A stretch of 64,000 nucleotides of DNA from an uncultured Candidatus Saccharibacteria bacterium (GCA_964596875.1 CAZQVT010000002.1:5508-69507); one strand, 5' to 3'; counted from the first letter of the stretch, positions 38,915-48,570 are shown. Notes: generated from the sequence alone by a model not told the origin. Numbers and translations: made by a program.

Positions 38915-38985
38915 TGCGGGTACCGGGAATCGAACCCGAATCTCGTCCTTGGCAAGGACGTGTTCTACCATTAAACCATACCCGC
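38915..38985 (-). tRNA. tRNA-Gly (anticodon GCC)
   Basis: Folded by hand: GCGGGTA/TACCCGC acceptor stem, anticodon loop TTGCCAA, T-loop TTCGATT. Confidence 0.85.
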
Positions 38986-39337
38986 AATAATTTAATAATC
39001 TACATCATATAACAAAGTCATTAAAATTAAAAGAGCCTAGGTTATTAGACGTCTTATTCATAAAATGTGGATAACTATGGGGACATGTGAATTAAGGACA
39101 AGTCTTTAAAATAAGGCCATTTTGCGTATCATTTTGTCTGCATGGATTAAATATGGCTTAAAATAAGGATATTTTTAATTCGACATGGCCTATAAGTGTC
39201 TGTTTTTTATGCCTTTTAGTAAATGTTTCACGTGAAATGTAAGTTTTGTTATACATGAAACACCTCTTATCCTGACTATGGGAGGGTTGCACGTGTAACC
39301 TTATTTACTAAATATCAAAGAGGTGTATATTTTGTCT

Positions 39338-39760
39338 ATGTATAACAAGAACTTCACCAAAGAGCCGACAGATAAGCAGAAGATTGGACAGATAGGGGAA
39401 GACCTTGCTTCTGAGCATCTTAAGGATAGTGGGTTTCAGGTAGTGGATAGAAACTATTTGAAGAAGTGGGGAGAGATAGATATTGTCGCTAAAAAAGGCC
39501 ACGTTTTGCATTTTGTTGAGGTTAAAACCGTTACAGAATACAGTAATTCTGTTACACATGTAACAGAAACAGGGGAGTTTAGGCCTGAAGACAATATGCA
39601 CCCTTGGAAATTGCAGAGACTTGGTAGGGCAGTACAGTCATATTTGTTAGAAAAAAATGTTTTAGATGAAACAGAATGGCAGTTTGATTTAGTTACGGTG
39701 TATCTAGATAAGGATAAAAGACTCAATAAAATTGAGTTGCTAGCAGATATTGTCCTATAA
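39338..39760 (+). CDS. yraN: UPF0102/YraN-family endonuclease-like protein
   Basis: GEDLASEHLKDSGFQVVDRNYLKKWGEIDIVAKKGHVLHFVEVK. An AAAGAGG SD lies upstream. Confidence 0.75.
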   Translation: MYNKNFTKEPTDKQKIGQIGEDLASEHLKDSGFQVVDRNYLKKWGEIDIVAKKGHVLHFVEVKTVTEYSNSVTHVTETGEFRPEDNMHPWKLQRLGRAVQSYLLEKNVLDETEWQFDLVTVYLDKDKRLNKIELLADIVL

Positions 39761-39812
39761 GGGTAGGGGTTTGTTAAACCGTAACTTTGTGATAGAGTTT
39801 AGATTGTGTTTT

Positions 39813-39885
39813 CGGAGTGTAGTGTAACGGCTAACATTCCTGTTTTGGGAACAGGCGACTCCGGGTTCGAATCCCGGCACTCCGA
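39813..39885 (+). tRNA. tRNA-Pro (anticodon TGG)
   Basis: Folded by hand: CGGAGTG/CACTCCG acceptor stem, anticodon loop TTTGGGA, T-loop TTCGAAT. Confidence 0.85.
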
Positions 39886-39891
39886 CAATTT

Positions 39892-40311
39892 ATGGATGAA
39901 TATGTGAAAGAAGGCTTGTTTTATGTGGTTCAAAAAGCATTTATTAAAAATGGTAATGACATTTTGGTATTAAATGATCCGAAAGAAGGGCTAGATTATC
40001 CTGGTGGGAAAATTCAAAAAAATGAAGATAGTATAGTGGATGCCTTGAAAAGGGAGGTTTTAGAGGAAACTGGAATTAGTATAGACATAAAGAAACCATT
40101 TTTTACTGCAATAGATAAATACCCAGAAGACCATAAACACGCTGGAAAACTATTTTATATTGTGTTTTATGAATGTGAATTTGTTTCTGGGGAAGTAAGT
40201 TTGAGTTCGGAACACAACAATTTTTCTTGGGTAAACAAGGATAATTATAAAAAAGTTGATGATGGAACGTGGTATTTTGATGTATTAAAAAGCTATTTAT
40301 CTAATAAATAA
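39892..40311 (+). CDS. NUDIX hydrolase
   Basis: Nudix box GGKIQKNEDSIVDALKREVLEETGI. Confidence 0.85.
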   Translation: MDEYVKEGLFYVVQKAFIKNGNDILVLNDPKEGLDYPGGKIQKNEDSIVDALKREVLEETGISIDIKKPFFTAIDKYPEDHKHAGKLFYIVFYECEFVSGEVSLSSEHNNFSWVNKDNYKKVDDGTWYFDVLKSYLSNK

Positions 40312-40398
40312 CAATTATAAAAAATGATGCGCCGGTCCTCGTGCGAGGAACCAGCGCATGCCCCAGTAGGGGACTTCAGGTCGAATCGGTTGAACGGG

Positions 40399-40617
40399 TC
40401 ACTCGATGCTGTCGTTCGGGTCGGGGAGCTTGCCCCTGCCCCCACGACTCACCTTGCCGCCCTTCGAGCCAGCGATGCCCGCGGACTCGGAGTTCCACTC
40501 GTGGGCCGTGCCCTTTGCGTGGGCAGCCCTGCCACCCTTGCTTGCGATTTCTCGCTGACGCTCCGTGCTCATGGCAGCGAAGCCTCTTTTCTTCCCGTTC
40601 CGAACGTGATCCGTCAT
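40399..40617 (-). CDS. KGG-repeat general stress protein (YciG/GsiB-like). It is encoded on a 65% GC cassette of about 340 bp.
   Basis: RGFAAMSTERQREIASKGGRAAH...SESAGIAGSKGGKVS are KGG motifs. The cassette has its own GGAGGA SD and a GC-rich terminator followed by TTTTTT at 40324..40345. Confidence 0.65.
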   Translation of the reverse strand: MTDHVRNGKKRGFAAMSTERQREIASKGGRAAHAKGTAHEWNSESAGIAGSKGGKVSRGGRGKLPDPNDSIE

Positions 40618-40697
40618 GGGTCCTCCAGGGTTTTCTGGCCAAGTCAGACTATATCAGAATAATAGAAACAGTCTAGTTTTTGTGGTAGTGTTTTTGT

Positions 40698-41009
40698 ATG
40701 GTTTTTATAAAAAATAAAGAAAATTTTGTATGTGAAAAATGCGGCTTTGAGGTAGAAGGGGATGGTTTTACAAACCATTGTCCAGAGTGTTTGTGGTCAA
40801 AGCATGTAGATATTTCTCCTGGCGACAGACTAAATATCTGTGGGGGACTAATGGAACCAATACAAATACTGAAAAAGGGAAGAGAGTATTCTATTTTACA
40901 CAAATGTACAAAGTGTGGGTTTGAAAAACCTAATAAGGCAAGTATGAATGATAATTTCCAAATTATTGTCCAAGTTTCTGCATCTGGCCAATCTCATCGT
41001 CTAAAATAA
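40698..41009 (+). CDS. RNHCP-domain zinc-ribbon protein
   Basis: CEKCG...TNHCPECLWSKHVD...CTKCG. The last 8 codons and the stop codon lie inside the type-B repeat. Confidence 0.6.
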   Translation: MVFIKNKENFVCEKCGFEVEGDGFTNHCPECLWSKHVDISPGDRLNICGGLMEPIQILKKGREYSILHKCTKCGFEKPNKASMNDNFQIIVQVSASGQSHRLK

Positions 41010-41086
41010 TAAATAAAATTCTCAATGTACTAATTTGTACACCTCCAATTTTATTTATTATTTCATACGCGACCTTGTCTCAGATC
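40986..41086. repeat. Type-B hairpin repeat, copy 2
   Basis: GGCCAATCTCATCGTCTAAAATAA, then a perfect 18-bp AT-rich outer inverted repeat (AAAATAATAAATAAAATT / AATTTTATTTATTATTTT) enclosing TGTACtaatttGTACA, then ACGCGACCTTGTCTCAGAT. Confidence 0.8.
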
Positions 41087-41106
41087 CAGAAACTTTGTTA
41101 AAGGTT

Positions 41107-42222
41107 TTAGTTTGATCTTAGCAACTCTTCGGTAATAAGTTTTGTTAGTTCTGGTGCAGTTGAGGTGGCAAAACTTTCCGCAAAGTTTTTATGGTTTAAA
41201 TCAAGAAATTGTCTCAGATTTATCTTTAGATCTCTTTGAACTTCTCTGTTTATATGTGAAACAGTAATGGCGTTTAGACCTCTGCTACTAGTCGTGTCCC
41301 CGTCAGAGCTGGTAGATATTATTCCTATGAGTGAAGTGTTGGAGTCTACTACTAAGCCTCCCGAAGATCCTTTCTGGGAAACTATGGTTCCTCCTACAGA
41401 GACTATGTCTATGGTTCCATTTTTGAAAGTAAAAACATCTTGAATTTGCGTAATACTACTTGCAACATTTAGATTTTGAATAATAGAAAGTCCACCTAGA
41501 AAACCAGCAGGGTAGGAGACTAGTAGTACTGGCTCACCAACAGCAATGTACTCTCTGGTATTTGGTGTTATATAGGTGTAACCATTTTTATTTTGTTCCC
41601 CATCTATTTCACCTGTAATACGAAGAAAGGCGAAATCGCTTTCACCAGTGCCTTTCGGGTCTTGATCTTTTAATAAAGTTTTATTTGCTTTTACCCAGTC
41701 TGGGGAAATGTAAACAAGTTCTATATTATATTTTGGATAAGCCGGACTGCCTGTTCTACCAACACATTTTAGATAATCTTTTTCTCTAAAATTTCTAAGT
41801 AGCATGTACTGGCCAATATGTGCATTTGTAAGTATTAGTCCATCACCATTTACAACAACACCCGTTCCTGAAATAGGCGAAAGTTCATTATATTTTGTGG
41901 TGCAAAAAATATTTACTATAGTTTTTCTGGATTCAGTGTTTATCTTTTCGAAATCCGGAGGAATGTAGGATGTGGTTGTCGCAATAATTTCTTTTGTTTC
42001 TTGAGGTTTAGAATCTTTCTGTATTTTTTTAGGGGTTGAAGTTGCTTTCGGTACAACTTTTATTTTTTCTGTTCCTGTGCTTGCGGCAGTTGTTTTTTGA
42101 GTAGTTGTGGCTTTGGGGCTGTCTTTCGGCGCGATGTATATTTCGGGTTTGGACGAATGAAAAAAACTAGTTATAGCGATAAGTGGAGTAAAAACTATTG
42201 TAGCGATAGCTTTTAGTAGCAT
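41107..42222 (-). CDS. Membrane-anchored trypsin-like (S1/HtrA-type) serine protease without a PDZ domain
   Basis: Catalytic triad context TNAHI...DFAFLRI...GSSGG. N-terminal TM and a Thr/Lys-rich linker. Confidence 0.8.
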   Translation of the reverse strand: MLLKAIATIVFTPLIAITSFFHSSKPEIYIAPKDSPKATTTQKTTAASTGTEKIKVVPKATSTPKKIQKDSKPQETKEIIATTTSYIPPDFEKINTESRKTIVNIFCTTKYNELSPISGTGVVVNGDGLILTNAHIGQYMLLRNFREKDYLKCVGRTGSPAYPKYNIELVYISPDWVKANKTLLKDQDPKGTGESDFAFLRITGEIDGEQNKNGYTYITPNTREYIAVGEPVLLVSYPAGFLGGLSIIQNLNVASSITQIQDVFTFKNGTIDIVSVGGTIVSQKGSSGGLVVDSNTSLIGIISTSSDGDTTSSRGLNAITVSHINREVQRDLKINLRQFLDLNHKNFAESFATSTAPELTKLITEELLRSN

Positions 42223-42301
42223 GGCATAATTATACCACTTAGAAATAACTTAAAAATTGCGAGGTGTTCGTTTTTCTGTTACCATAGTCTTGTTAAGTAT
42301 T

Positions 42302-42372
42302 GCGGGATTAGTTTATCGGTAAAACAACAGTTTTCCAAACTGTGGAGAGCGGTTCGACTCCGCTATCCCGCA
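42302..42372 (+). tRNA. tRNA-Gly (anticodon TCC)
   Basis: Folded by hand: GCGGGAT/ATCCCGC acceptor stem, anticodon loop TTTCCAA, T-loop TTCGACT. Confidence 0.85.
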
Positions 42373-42539
42373 CACACGACGAAAATAACCTCCTAAACGG
42401 AGGTTTTTTCGTACGTGTGTGAACCGGAGCGCGACGGCGCGAGGTCGGGTCGGGAAAGTTTTTAACAAAAAACTATTCCTGACCAAGAGAAAGGCCATTG
42501 TGTCCAAGGAGTGAGACATCCGCTATTTAAATACAAAAA

Positions 42540-42560
42540 ACACCCCACCGGGTGTTTTTT
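42540..42560. terminator. Bidirectional terminator. The hairpin ACACCCcaccGGGTGT lies between an A-run and a T-run.
   Basis: Lies 3' of hup on the minus strand and 3' of the tRNA-Gly region on the plus strand. Confidence 0.7.
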
Positions 42561-42580
42561 GTTTTCCTCTAGAGAAAATC

Positions 42581-42853
42581 TTATTTCACTGCATCCTTCA
42601 GAGCCTTAGCCGCTCTAAACTTCGGAACTCTCATAGCTGGAACGGAGATAGTTTCTCCAGTTCTAGGGTTTCTAGCTTGTCTAGCTGCTCTAGTTTTAGT
42701 AGAGAAGATTCCTAGGCCTGCTATAGAGACCTCACCTCCTTTTTTAAGTGTGTTCACAACAGAGTCAATCATAAGATCTACGATTTCTTCTGCTTGGACT
42801 TTAGTACCACCTAACTTTTCATGTACTGCATCAACAATACCTGCTTTGTTCAT
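42581..42853 (-). CDS. hup: DNA-binding protein HU
   Basis: MNKAGIVDAVHEKL...GLGIFSTKTRAARQARNPRTGE. The start is taken at M12 of the ORF. Confidence 0.9.
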   Translation of the reverse strand: MNKAGIVDAVHEKLGGTKVQAEEIVDLMIDSVVNTLKKGGEVSIAGLGIFSTKTRAARQARNPRTGETISVPAMRVPKFRAAKALKDAVK

Positions 42854-42957
42854 ATTTGTGATGATTAAGCCACTAATAAAACTCACTATCTACTAACCTG
42901 TAGTATACAGTAAGCCTTTTTTAGGGCAATATCTTGACAAAGTTTGGTTTTATTGTT

Positions 42958-44487
42958 TTATCTTGCAAATTCTATAGTGCGGTTCTCTCTGATTACAGTA
43001 ACTTTTATCTCTCCAGGGTATTTCAACTCAGATTCTATTCTTGTTGCAATATCTCTTGCCATTTTTTTCGCTTCTAGGTCAGTAACTTCTGCTGGTGTTA
43101 CAAAAACCCTTATCTCTCTACCTGCTTGTAGGGCATATGATTTTTCGACTCCCTTAAATGAAGTTGCTACTGCTTCCAAATCTTTCAGTCTTTTTAGATA
43201 GTTTTCTACACTGTCTCTTCTTGCACCTGGTCTTCCTCCAGAAATAGCGTCCGCAGACTGAACTATCATAGACTCTATAGTTTCATAAGGGTATTCCTCA
43301 TGATGCGCCTGCATTGCTTTTATAATATTTTCATCAGTACCAAACTTTTGTAGTATTCTTCTTCCTATTTCTACGTGAGTACCTACTACTTCATGGTCTA
43401 GTGCCTTTCCTATGTCATGAACCAGTGCCCCTGCTTTGGCTACCTGTACATTTGCACCGATTTCTTCTGCTAGCATTCCAGCAATATGTGCCATTTCAAC
43501 AGAGTGAGCCAAAACATTTTGACCATAACTTGTTCTAAAGTGTAGTCTTCCCAAAATAGAAACAACTTTTGGATCAAGTCCCAAAACGCCTGTTTCGTAT
43601 ACCGCTTCCTCCCCTTTTTCACGAATAATTTTGTTTATCTCGTCTTCAGCTGCTTTTACCATGTCCTCAATCTTTGCAGGCTGGATTCTTCCGTCAGCAA
43701 TAAGTTTTTCTAGGGCTACTTTGGCAATCTGTCTCCTAACAGGGTCAAAAGAGGAGATAGTGATAGAGCCTGGTGTGTCGTCTACGATAACCTCAACACC
43801 CGTGCATCTTTCAAATGCTTTTATGTTTCTACCTTCTTTTCCAATGATTTTTCCTTTTAGTTCATCGCTCGGAATACTTACGTTTGTTGTAAGCATGTCG
43901 GATGTAACAGAGTTTGAAAGTCTCTGTATAGAAGTTGCAAGTATTGCTTTCGCTTTTTCCTCTATTTTTTCACCTCCAGTAGTTTCAAGTTTACGCATTC
44001 TAACAAGAATATCTTCCTCAGACTCCTTCTCTACTCTTTTTAGAATTTCCTCCCTTGCTTCCTCTGGAGTAAGTCTGGCGATTTTCTGAAGTTCCTCTTT
44101 TTTCTGTTGCTCTATTTTTTCGGCGTTCTCACGGATCTGCTTTATTTCCTGTATTTTTAGCTTTACTTCTTCAACTTCTTTATCCAAATCTCCTTGACGT
44201 TTCAAAAGCAACTCATCTTTTTTGATAAGGCGTTCTTCGTTTTTTCTAGCATCTTCCTCTTTTTGTTTTATTTCAGAGCGTGCTTCTGTTACGATTTCTT
44301 CTGCTTTTCTTTCTGCTTCCTCTATTATTCTTTGCTCTCTGTCTTTGGCAACCAGCATCATTTGCTGGATGTCTAGTTCCATTGAGCCTTTTTTACTTTT
44401 CGCTACTAGGATACGCAAATAGTACCCTATAACTAGGGATACTAGAGACGCTCCTCCTAGGAGCAAGCCTATTTTTTCTAATGTCAT
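42958..44487 (-). CDS. rny: Ribonuclease Y
   Basis: N-terminal TM, coiled coil, KH domain (GKIIGKEGRNIKAFE) and HD domain (HSVEMAHIAG...HDIGKA). Confidence 0.9.
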   Translation of the reverse strand: MTLEKIGLLLGGASLVSLVIGYYLRILVAKSKKGSMELDIQQMMLVAKDREQRIIEEAERKAEEIVTEARSEIKQKEEDARKNEERLIKKDELLLKRQGDLDKEVEEVKLKIQEIKQIRENAEKIEQQKKEELQKIARLTPEEAREEILKRVEKESEEDILVRMRKLETTGGEKIEEKAKAILATSIQRLSNSVTSDMLTTNVSIPSDELKGKIIGKEGRNIKAFERCTGVEVIVDDTPGSITISSFDPVRRQIAKVALEKLIADGRIQPAKIEDMVKAAEDEINKIIREKGEEAVYETGVLGLDPKVVSILGRLHFRTSYGQNVLAHSVEMAHIAGMLAEEIGANVQVAKAGALVHDIGKALDHEVVGTHVEIGRRILQKFGTDENIIKAMQAHHEEYPYETIESMIVQSADAISGGRPGARRDSVENYLKRLKDLEAVATSFKGVEKSYALQAGREIRVFVTPAEVTDLEAKKMARDIATRIESELKYPGEIKVTVIRENRTIEFAR

Positions 44488-44695
44488 TTTTTCGGAAACT
44501 TTCGCTTTCTACTTCTCGAGACTTTAAGGTAAAACTGTGGTTTTATATGGGAAATACTTTAAAATTTTCAATTTGATTACGGAATTTCGGTAAATTTCAG
44601 GACAAATCAAGAAAAGACAAAAACTAACGGTTTATTATTAATTAAATAATATCCGTACTATATAAGAAAGGGGGATACAAGTCAATTTTCAAGTT

Positions 44696-45268
44696 TTATA
44701 GAACTTTGTCTACGATTCCGTACTTCTTTGCTTCTTCAGCAGTCATGTAGAAGTCTCTGTCCATATCCTTTTCAACTTTAGCCATAGATTGGCCTGTATT
44801 TTTAGCAAACATTTTAGCCAAACTCTCCTTATTTCTAAGCATTTGTTTCGCAGTTATTTCAATATCTGACACCTTTCCTTCGAGACCTCCTCCCCATGGT
44901 TGGTGAATCATTACTTCAGCGTTAGGTAGTATGAATCTTTTTCCTTTAGTTCCGGCTGCCAAAATATGTGCGCCCATAGATGCTGCAAGTCCGACTGCAA
45001 CAGTAGATATGTCGTTTTTTATATGATTCATCGTGTCTACTATTGCAAGTCCTGCTGTAACACTGCCTCCTGGTGAGTTTATGTAAAAAGAAATGTCCTT
45101 CTTAGGGTCTTCTGATTGCAAAAATAGCATTTGAGCAATAATAAGGTTGGCTACATGGTCGTCTATTGGGCCATCTAGGAAAATAATATTATCGCGAAGT
45201 AGGCGAGAGAATATGTCGTATGCTCTTTCGCCGAACTGGGATTTTTCTATTACTGTTGGTATTAACAT
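44696..45268 (-). CDS. clpP: ATP-dependent Clp protease proteolytic subunit
   Basis: [23 protein letters not shown]...[14 protein letters not shown]. The start is taken at M21 (MLIPTVIE). Confidence 0.9.
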   Translation of the reverse strand: MLIPTVIEKSQFGERAYDIFSRLLRDNIIFLDGPIDDHVANLIIAQMLFLQSEDPKKDISFYINSPGGSVTAGLAIVDTMNHIKNDISTVAVGLAASMGAHILAAGTKGKRFILPNAEVMIHQPWGGGLEGKVSDIEITAKQMLRNKESLAKMFAKNTGQSMAKVEKDMDRDFYMTAEEAKKYGIVDKVL

Positions 45269-45333
45269 AAGGCTGAGTATACCAGAAAGTGCGTTTTTGT
45301 AAAATTGTGGTATAGTTTCATAAAACAAATTTT

Positions 45334-46035
45334 ATGAGAATCCATAGGTTTTATATAGCCACTCCAATAAAAGATAAGCGTTTTGATGTCACCGACCGAG
45401 ACATGATCCACCAGTGGAAAAGCGTTTTTCGTTACAATGTTGGGTCACAAGTGATTCTCTTTGATGGTTCTGGTGTTGACTACCTATGCATGATCACTTC
45501 ACTTAGAAGTATGGGCGCTACTTTGGAAGTAATAGAGAATAAAGAAATCAAAATGAAACGAAATAATGTGTATTTATGCATGGCTCTTATAAAAAAAGAT
45601 AACTTTGAACTAGTTTCACAAAAAGTTACAGAAATCGGTGTTACACACATTGTTCCCATACTTTGTGAGCACAGCGAAAAAAAGAATCTGAATATGGAGC
45701 GCCTTAACAAGATTGTTCTAGAAGCATCAGAACAGTCTGGAAGGGGAGATATCCCAACAGTTCATGAGGTTATGACTTTAGAAGAAGTTTTTCAGAAAGG
45801 AATATTGCCACAAGAAAAAATCGTCCTTCATCCAGAAGGTAAAACATTGAAGAAATACTTTGAAGGACTTAGCCAGGCTAAATCTTTTGCGGTATTTGTA
45901 GGACCAGAAGGTGGTTTTAGTCAGAACGAGTTAGATTTTTTCAAAAACTATAATGTTTCCCAGGTTACACTGGGTGAACAAATACTTCGAGCCGAAACAG
46001 CAGCTATCGCTATATCTAGTTTGCTTATTTTATAA
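45334..46035 (+). CDS. rsmE: 16S rRNA (uracil1498-N3)-methyltransferase
   Basis: MRIHRFY N-terminus and an FVGPEGGFS SPOUT motif. Confidence 0.85.
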   Translation: MRIHRFYIATPIKDKRFDVTDRDMIHQWKSVFRYNVGSQVILFDGSGVDYLCMITSLRSMGATLEVIENKEIKMKRNNVYLCMALIKKDNFELVSQKVTEIGVTHIVPILCEHSEKKNLNMERLNKIVLEASEQSGRGDIPTVHEVMTLEEVFQKGILPQEKIVLHPEGKTLKKYFEGLSQAKSFAVFVGPEGGFSQNELDFFKNYNVSQVTLGEQILRAETAAIAISSLLIL

Positions 46036-46044
46036 GGAGAGAGA

Positions 46045-47130
46045 TTATTTTTGCTCTTCCAAAAAATTAAACACTAATTCGTTAGTCAGAAAAGTCTCTA
46101 CATACATTCTTACTCGGAAACGGTCTGCTTCTTTAAAGTTTGCAAGAATGTTTTCCATCTCTCTTTTTATATCCTCCTCCTTTGCAGTGATATTTTCATC
46201 TTTAGCAATTGTATTTAGGATTACTTGTGATTTTGCTCGTTTTACTGAGGCATCTTTCCATTCTGCTCTCAGGTCGTCCTCTGTTTTTTTAATATGTTTT
46301 AGATAATCCTCGTATGCAATACCGCTTCGAGCGATATCATCTTTAAACTGAGCCAGCATTTTATCCGTTTCGCCTTCAACGACGATTTTCGGAAGGTCTA
46401 TAGTTGAGTCTTCGATTATTTTTTCTAGGATTGCAGTTCGTTTTTTATCTTTTTCCTTTACTTCTTTTTCTTTCGCAAGGTTTTCCTTTATCTTTGTTTT
46501 CATTTCTTCAAGACTCTCAAAGTTTCCAAGCATCTTTGCAAACTCATCGTTTACTTCGGGTAGGTCAGAGTCTTCTATTTTTCTATGATTGTGTTCCTTT
46601 CCTCCACCTGCTTCTGCATGAACTTTTTCATGAGCAATATTTTCTCTAATGTTTTGTATAACATCTTCTACATCTTTGTCAGTAACAGAAATATCCTCAG
46701 TTTTTTTAGAAAGAACACCCTTCGCTGCTTTTTTGTAGTCAGAAAGCAAAACCATCGGCATAAGAGAAGTTTTGATTTTAAACTCCATAGGACTTCCAAC
46801 GCCTATTTTTGTAATAGTTATTTCTGGTCTACCGATAGCATCTATATTGTGCTCTTCTAGAATGTTTGGGTATTCTTCGTTTAGTGCAATCTCCGCCGCT
46901 TCTTCTAGAAGTGTTCCTTCTCCTATCTTTTGTGCAACCAAAGAGTCTGGTGCTGTACCTTTTCTGAAACCAGGAAGTTCTACATTTTCCTTAAGCTTTT
47001 TAAGAGCCTTCTCTCTCATTAAACTCATTTTCTCAGCTGTAATAGAGCCGATAATTTCCAACTCTCGTTCAGGAAGAGGGGATAGTTTTATATCATTATA
47101 ATTTTTTTCATCTTTAGATTTTTTTGTCAT
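46045..47130 (-). CDS. tig: Trigger factor. It is short at 361 aa, and the PPIase domain is reduced or absent.
   Basis: N-terminal ribosome-binding signature PGFRKGTAP. Lies adjacent to clpP. Confidence 0.8.
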   Translation of the reverse strand: MTKKSKDEKNYNDIKLSPLPERELEIIGSITAEKMSLMREKALKKLKENVELPGFRKGTAPDSLVAQKIGEGTLLEEAAEIALNEEYPNILEEHNIDAIGRPEITITKIGVGSPMEFKIKTSLMPMVLLSDYKKAAKGVLSKKTEDISVTDKDVEDVIQNIRENIAHEKVHAEAGGGKEHNHRKIEDSDLPEVNDEFAKMLGNFESLEEMKTKIKENLAKEKEVKEKDKKRTAILEKIIEDSTIDLPKIVVEGETDKMLAQFKDDIARSGIAYEDYLKHIKKTEDDLRAEWKDASVKRAKSQVILNTIAKDENITAKEEDIKREMENILANFKEADRFRVRMYVETFLTNELVFNFLEEQK

Positions 47131-47305
47131 ATGAAAATGAGTCTATATTATTCGCCTTATTTTAGCAAATAATTTTTTAGAAAGCTTAAATTTGAGACAA
47201 GATTGCGGATAAAACAAAAACTGAACCCGGAGGTGTACATTTAGTACATTGAGGATTCAGTTTTTATTTTTAGCCGATAAGGTTGGCCAAATTTGAGCTT
47301 TTTAA

Positions 47306-47689
47306 CTATTCTAGTTCAGCAGTGGTATTTAGTTCTGCCCCCAAGTTGTCCAAGTTCGTTGCTTTCAAGTCTGCTTCTATAGAGTTTAGGTCATCTGAAC
47401 CTGTAACGCTCATTATAGCGTTTGCTTCCATGTTGTCGTCTACAACTGGAGAAGTTTCTTCTGTGTCATTTGAAACTAGACCTTCTTTCATTCTCGCCTC
47501 GTCTATTCTTTTACCCCAGAAGTATAGTCCACCAAGGATAATGATAGCGATTATTATTATTGTGCCTATAATAGATCCTATTGATGACTTGTTTTCATGT
47601 GGTTGCACTGGTGCACTGTTTACTGGCTGGTTATTTGTAGGCATATTTGTCATAGGAGGGATATTTTGTTGTGTATTTTGTGGTTCCAT
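47306..47689 (-). CDS. Small single-TM protein (127 aa), hypothetical
   Basis: N/P/Q-rich N-terminus, TM segment IIGTIIIIAIIILGGLYFWG, acidic C-terminus. The strand choice over the overlapping + ORF is uncertain. Confidence 0.4.
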   Translation of the reverse strand: MEPQNTQQNIPPMTNMPTNNQPVNSAPVQPHENKSSIGSIIGTIIIIAIIILGGLYFWGKRIDEARMKEGLVSNDTEETSPVVDDNMEANAIMSVTGSDDLNSIEADLKATNLDNLGAELNTTAELE

Positions 47690-47708
47690 ATTTTTAAATA
47701 TTATTTAA

Positions 47709-48464
47709 TTAATTTGTACCTGTTGTTGTTGCTGTAGGAGTAGTTGTTGCCTTACCGTTGTTTAATTGTGACATACCCTTTAGGCTTCCAAGCGCCTTTT
47801 CAAGCATTTTGTGAGCTTCTTTTAGATGTTTCTCTATACCTTTCTCTATGCCCTTCATTTTTTCTAGGTTTTCTTTTTTAACAGTATCAGTAGTAGTAGA
47901 TAGGTTTTGTGCGGTTGTACTTGCGGTAAGTTTTAGGTTTGCTAAGTCAGTTTTAGCACTTTCTATATGAGTTTTTGCTTCTGCTGTTAGTTTTTCTGCC
48001 TCCGTAGTGTTTCCACCTCCAGTTTTAACTTTTTCAATTCTAGTATTCAACTTTGACATTATTGACTCTTCTCTTTGTATCGTAGCCTCTATTCTTCTTA
48101 GCATTTTATCAAACTGTCGCTTTACTTCTTTCATTATTCTTTCTCTTCTATCCTCCATTCTTTCTTTCATTTTTTCTGTACCACTAGCGATTCTGTCCTT
48201 AATATCCTCTCTTTTTTCTTTTAGTCTTTCTGTTGTACTAGCTAGTTTGTCTTTTCTGGCCTCAGCAGTACTAGCCATTTTATTCTTTAGTTCCATCTCT
48301 CTTTTGTCATCCATCATGGCCTTTACAGGTCTTGGTGGTTTTACTCCAGATGTACTAGCATTTTGTGGGGGAGGTAATGTGCCTGTATCTTGTGCCAAAG
48401 CCACTGTTGCACCTCCTAGAGCAATAATAGTTATGAGTGAATTTAATATAAGTTTTTTCATCAT
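47709..48464 (-). CDS. Secreted Lys/Glu-rich coiled-coil protein
   Basis: Signal peptide MMKKLILNSLITIIALGGATVALAQ, then about 200 aa of charged heptad-like sequence. Confidence 0.55.
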   Translation of the reverse strand: MMKKLILNSLITIIALGGATVALAQDTGTLPPPQNASTSGVKPPRPVKAMMDDKREMELKNKMASTAEARKDKLASTTERLKEKREDIKDRIASGTEKMKERMEDRRERIMKEVKRQFDKMLRRIEATIQREESIMSKLNTRIEKVKTGGGNTTEAEKLTAEAKTHIESAKTDLANLKLTASTTAQNLSTTTDTVKKENLEKMKGIEKGIEKHLKEAHKMLEKALGSLKGMSQLNNGKATTTPTATTTGTN

Positions 48465-48547
48465 TTCAAAAATTACTTTTAATATTGTAATGAAATAATT
48501 ATACACCATAGATCTGGTTTTTGTTTTCAGTTGTTAACATCAAAAAA

Positions 48548-48570
48548 CCGCACATACTGTGCGGCTTTTT
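48548..48570 (-). terminator. Terminator of ppa. The hairpin CCGCACAgtatGTGCGG plus a T-run is read on the minus strand.
   Basis: Seen in the sequence. Confidence 0.7.

Noticed and set aside
38650-39012. ORFs 38650..39012 and 38754..38990 (+ strand)
   Set aside because: They run through two tRNA genes and the structured spacer. They are an artefact of the GC-richer tRNA sequence.
40324-40676. Three alternative ORFs (112, 111 and 88 aa) across the GC-rich island
   Set aside because: The GC-rich sequence is open in several frames. Only the minus-strand 72-aa frame gives a recognisable family (KGG repeats) and has an SD and a terminator. The others are Arg/Pro/Ser-rich with no motif.
42313-42519. 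68-aa minus-strand ORF
   Set aside because: Overlaps tRNA-Gly(TCC) and the palindromic spacer.
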